Of a stretch of 20,000 nucleotides of DNA, positions 18,580 through 20,000 are shown in pieces. The stretch's first letter is position 1. Each line of letters begins with the position of its first letter. Source of the stretch: Lama guanicoe (taxonomy: Eukaryota); contig MU053873.1 of assembly GCA_013239625.1 (NCBI GenBank), positions 3,820,463 to 3,840,462 of the forward strand. The letters run 5' to 3'. Both the position numbers and the translations under genes were made by a program. The notes under the pieces were generated by a model. That model saw nothing but the letters and a program-made list of their open reading frames with translations. It was not told the DNA's origin and did not search any database.

Positions 18580-19719
18580 GCCAAGGGGCTTTTTACACTG
18601 AAGGATCTCTTCTCACTCTGTTCGCATCAGGCCTCACCTCTTGAATCCAATTATATGTGTATTTAATGTTGGAAAAAATGAGAATTTTCTACAAAACACA
18701 GGGAGGTACCACAAACATGTTTTTATTGAAGTAAAGTACCACAAACATTTTTATTCAACATTGAGCCACAACTTCAAAATGAATGGCACTTGCATTCCTT
18801 AACTTGTTGCAATTTAGTCAATATTACTTCATATACATTTGGAAATATTCTGTGCTTCATCCATAAACCACATGACGGTAGGTTAAATTCTCACTTATAT
18901 AGACTCATACTTTTTTAAGATGAAAACCTTCAGCCTTGCTAATTAACATTTACCCTTTGTTAACACGTGATATAAATTCCCACTTCCACTAAACTCTTTA
19001 GAATATGTGGGTCCAGTTTGAAGGACACACAGCACATTCCCTAAGGAAGGAGGTCGGACCCGCGGGAGGTGAGATGAGATTTGGCCATGTGTCATTCCCG
19101 TCCTGTGCGACATTCTTCGCCTTGATTTTATTGACACTCAATGACTAGAGGGAAGAAATCTCAAATAGCCGTGTTGTGTCACTGTGCATTAAAATGTAAA
19201 AATGAAGGTGTCCTAAAAATCATGAAGCTCCTTTTAAATACTTTTAAGATTCAACATAGGAGGCCACAACGGCAGTGCATAAACTGTACATGTTTTAAAG
19301 ACCCATGTTGCTGAATCCCTGGCGAAACATGAGGGTATGCTGTTGTTAAACACTTCCCCCATATATTTTTGGCCTTTTGTCTTCAAATATGAGAAACCGA
19401 GCCAGCCTTTAGTTCTTGAGCGACTATTGCAATGTAACAACATTTGACTAATGCAATAATAAAAAACAGTGCTTCAAGGCCATCTCCCAGCTACCCCGCA
19501 AGCTGGGCTATGCTGAAGTACGTGAAAGGGCTTCACTTTTCCCTGCTCTGACCTGAGCTCCCTGCCCCTGTTCAAACGTCCGAAATCTCCACCAGGAGAC
19601 AAAGACTCATCTGATCCAATGACTATGTAGTTTAGTAAACATCTCTGTCTCTTCATCACGAGGATGTCTGGCCTGCCCGCTCCTCACTAGACCATGAAAA
19701 ATTACAGCACTTTAACTTC

Positions 19720-19981
19720 TGTTATGAGGAGAACTGTGTCTCCCCATCAAATTCATATGTTGACCTGTTACCCCCGTAACCTCAGAAGGAGACTGTACTT
19801 GGAGATAAGACCTTTAAAGGGGTGATTCGGCTCAAACAGGGCCATCAGGTGAGCCCTAAATGCAGTGTGGCCGATGTCCTTAGGAGAAGAGGAGGTTAAG
19901 ACATACAAAGAGCCCAGAGGAAAGGTCATGTGAAGACACAGAGGGAAGGCGGCCGTCCTCAAGCCAAGGAGGGAGGCCTCA
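19720..19981 (+). mobile_element. MLT1B/C-type (ERVL-MaLR) LTR, 5' part
   Basis: 'tgttatgaggagaactgtgtctcccc..aaattcatatgttga..acctcagaa..tggagataagacctttaaagggg..catgtgaagacacag..caagccaaggagggaggcctca'. Followed by a T-rich run at the window edge. Confidence 0.88.
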
Positions 19982-20000
19982 AATCGTTTTTATTTTTTTT

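Noticed and set aside
1..20000. Naming the host gene or locus
   Set aside because: No coding exon was recognised, so any gene symbol would be a guess.

Overview
Mammalian, largely non-coding genomic DNA, most likely camelid (Camelus/Vicugna). The assignment rests on a tRNA-derived Vic-1-like SINE at 17754-17881 and a cetartiodactyl-type L1 3' end at 18115-18579. I recognise no intact protein-coding gene. The only ORF-track peptides with recognisable homology are decayed LINE-1 ORF2 fragments. A large part of the window is interspersed repeats: L2, MIR, an internally deleted Tigger1, MLT1/MLT2/LTR16-type LTRs and two oppositely oriented L1MB-type copies. There are two assembly gaps (3941-4248, 14984-15311). 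Non-repeat points of interest: (1) a CpG-island promoter candidate around the first gap, with a cluster of splice donors favouring a minus-strand first exon; (2) a unique block at about 12900-13540 with a candidate two-exon plus-strand transcript, an isolated near-consensus 12-bp-spacer V(D)J recombination signal and a CTCF motif; (3) a second CpG-rich block at about 16900-17500 with a perfect CTCF core, divergent from the first; (4) a three-level nested retroelement insertion; (5) an exact 47-bp tandem duplication. Repeat family names come from recalled consensus sequences, not a database search, and boundaries of old repeats are approximate. I found no convincing new biological system; the 12.9-13.5 kb block is the best candidate for follow-up.
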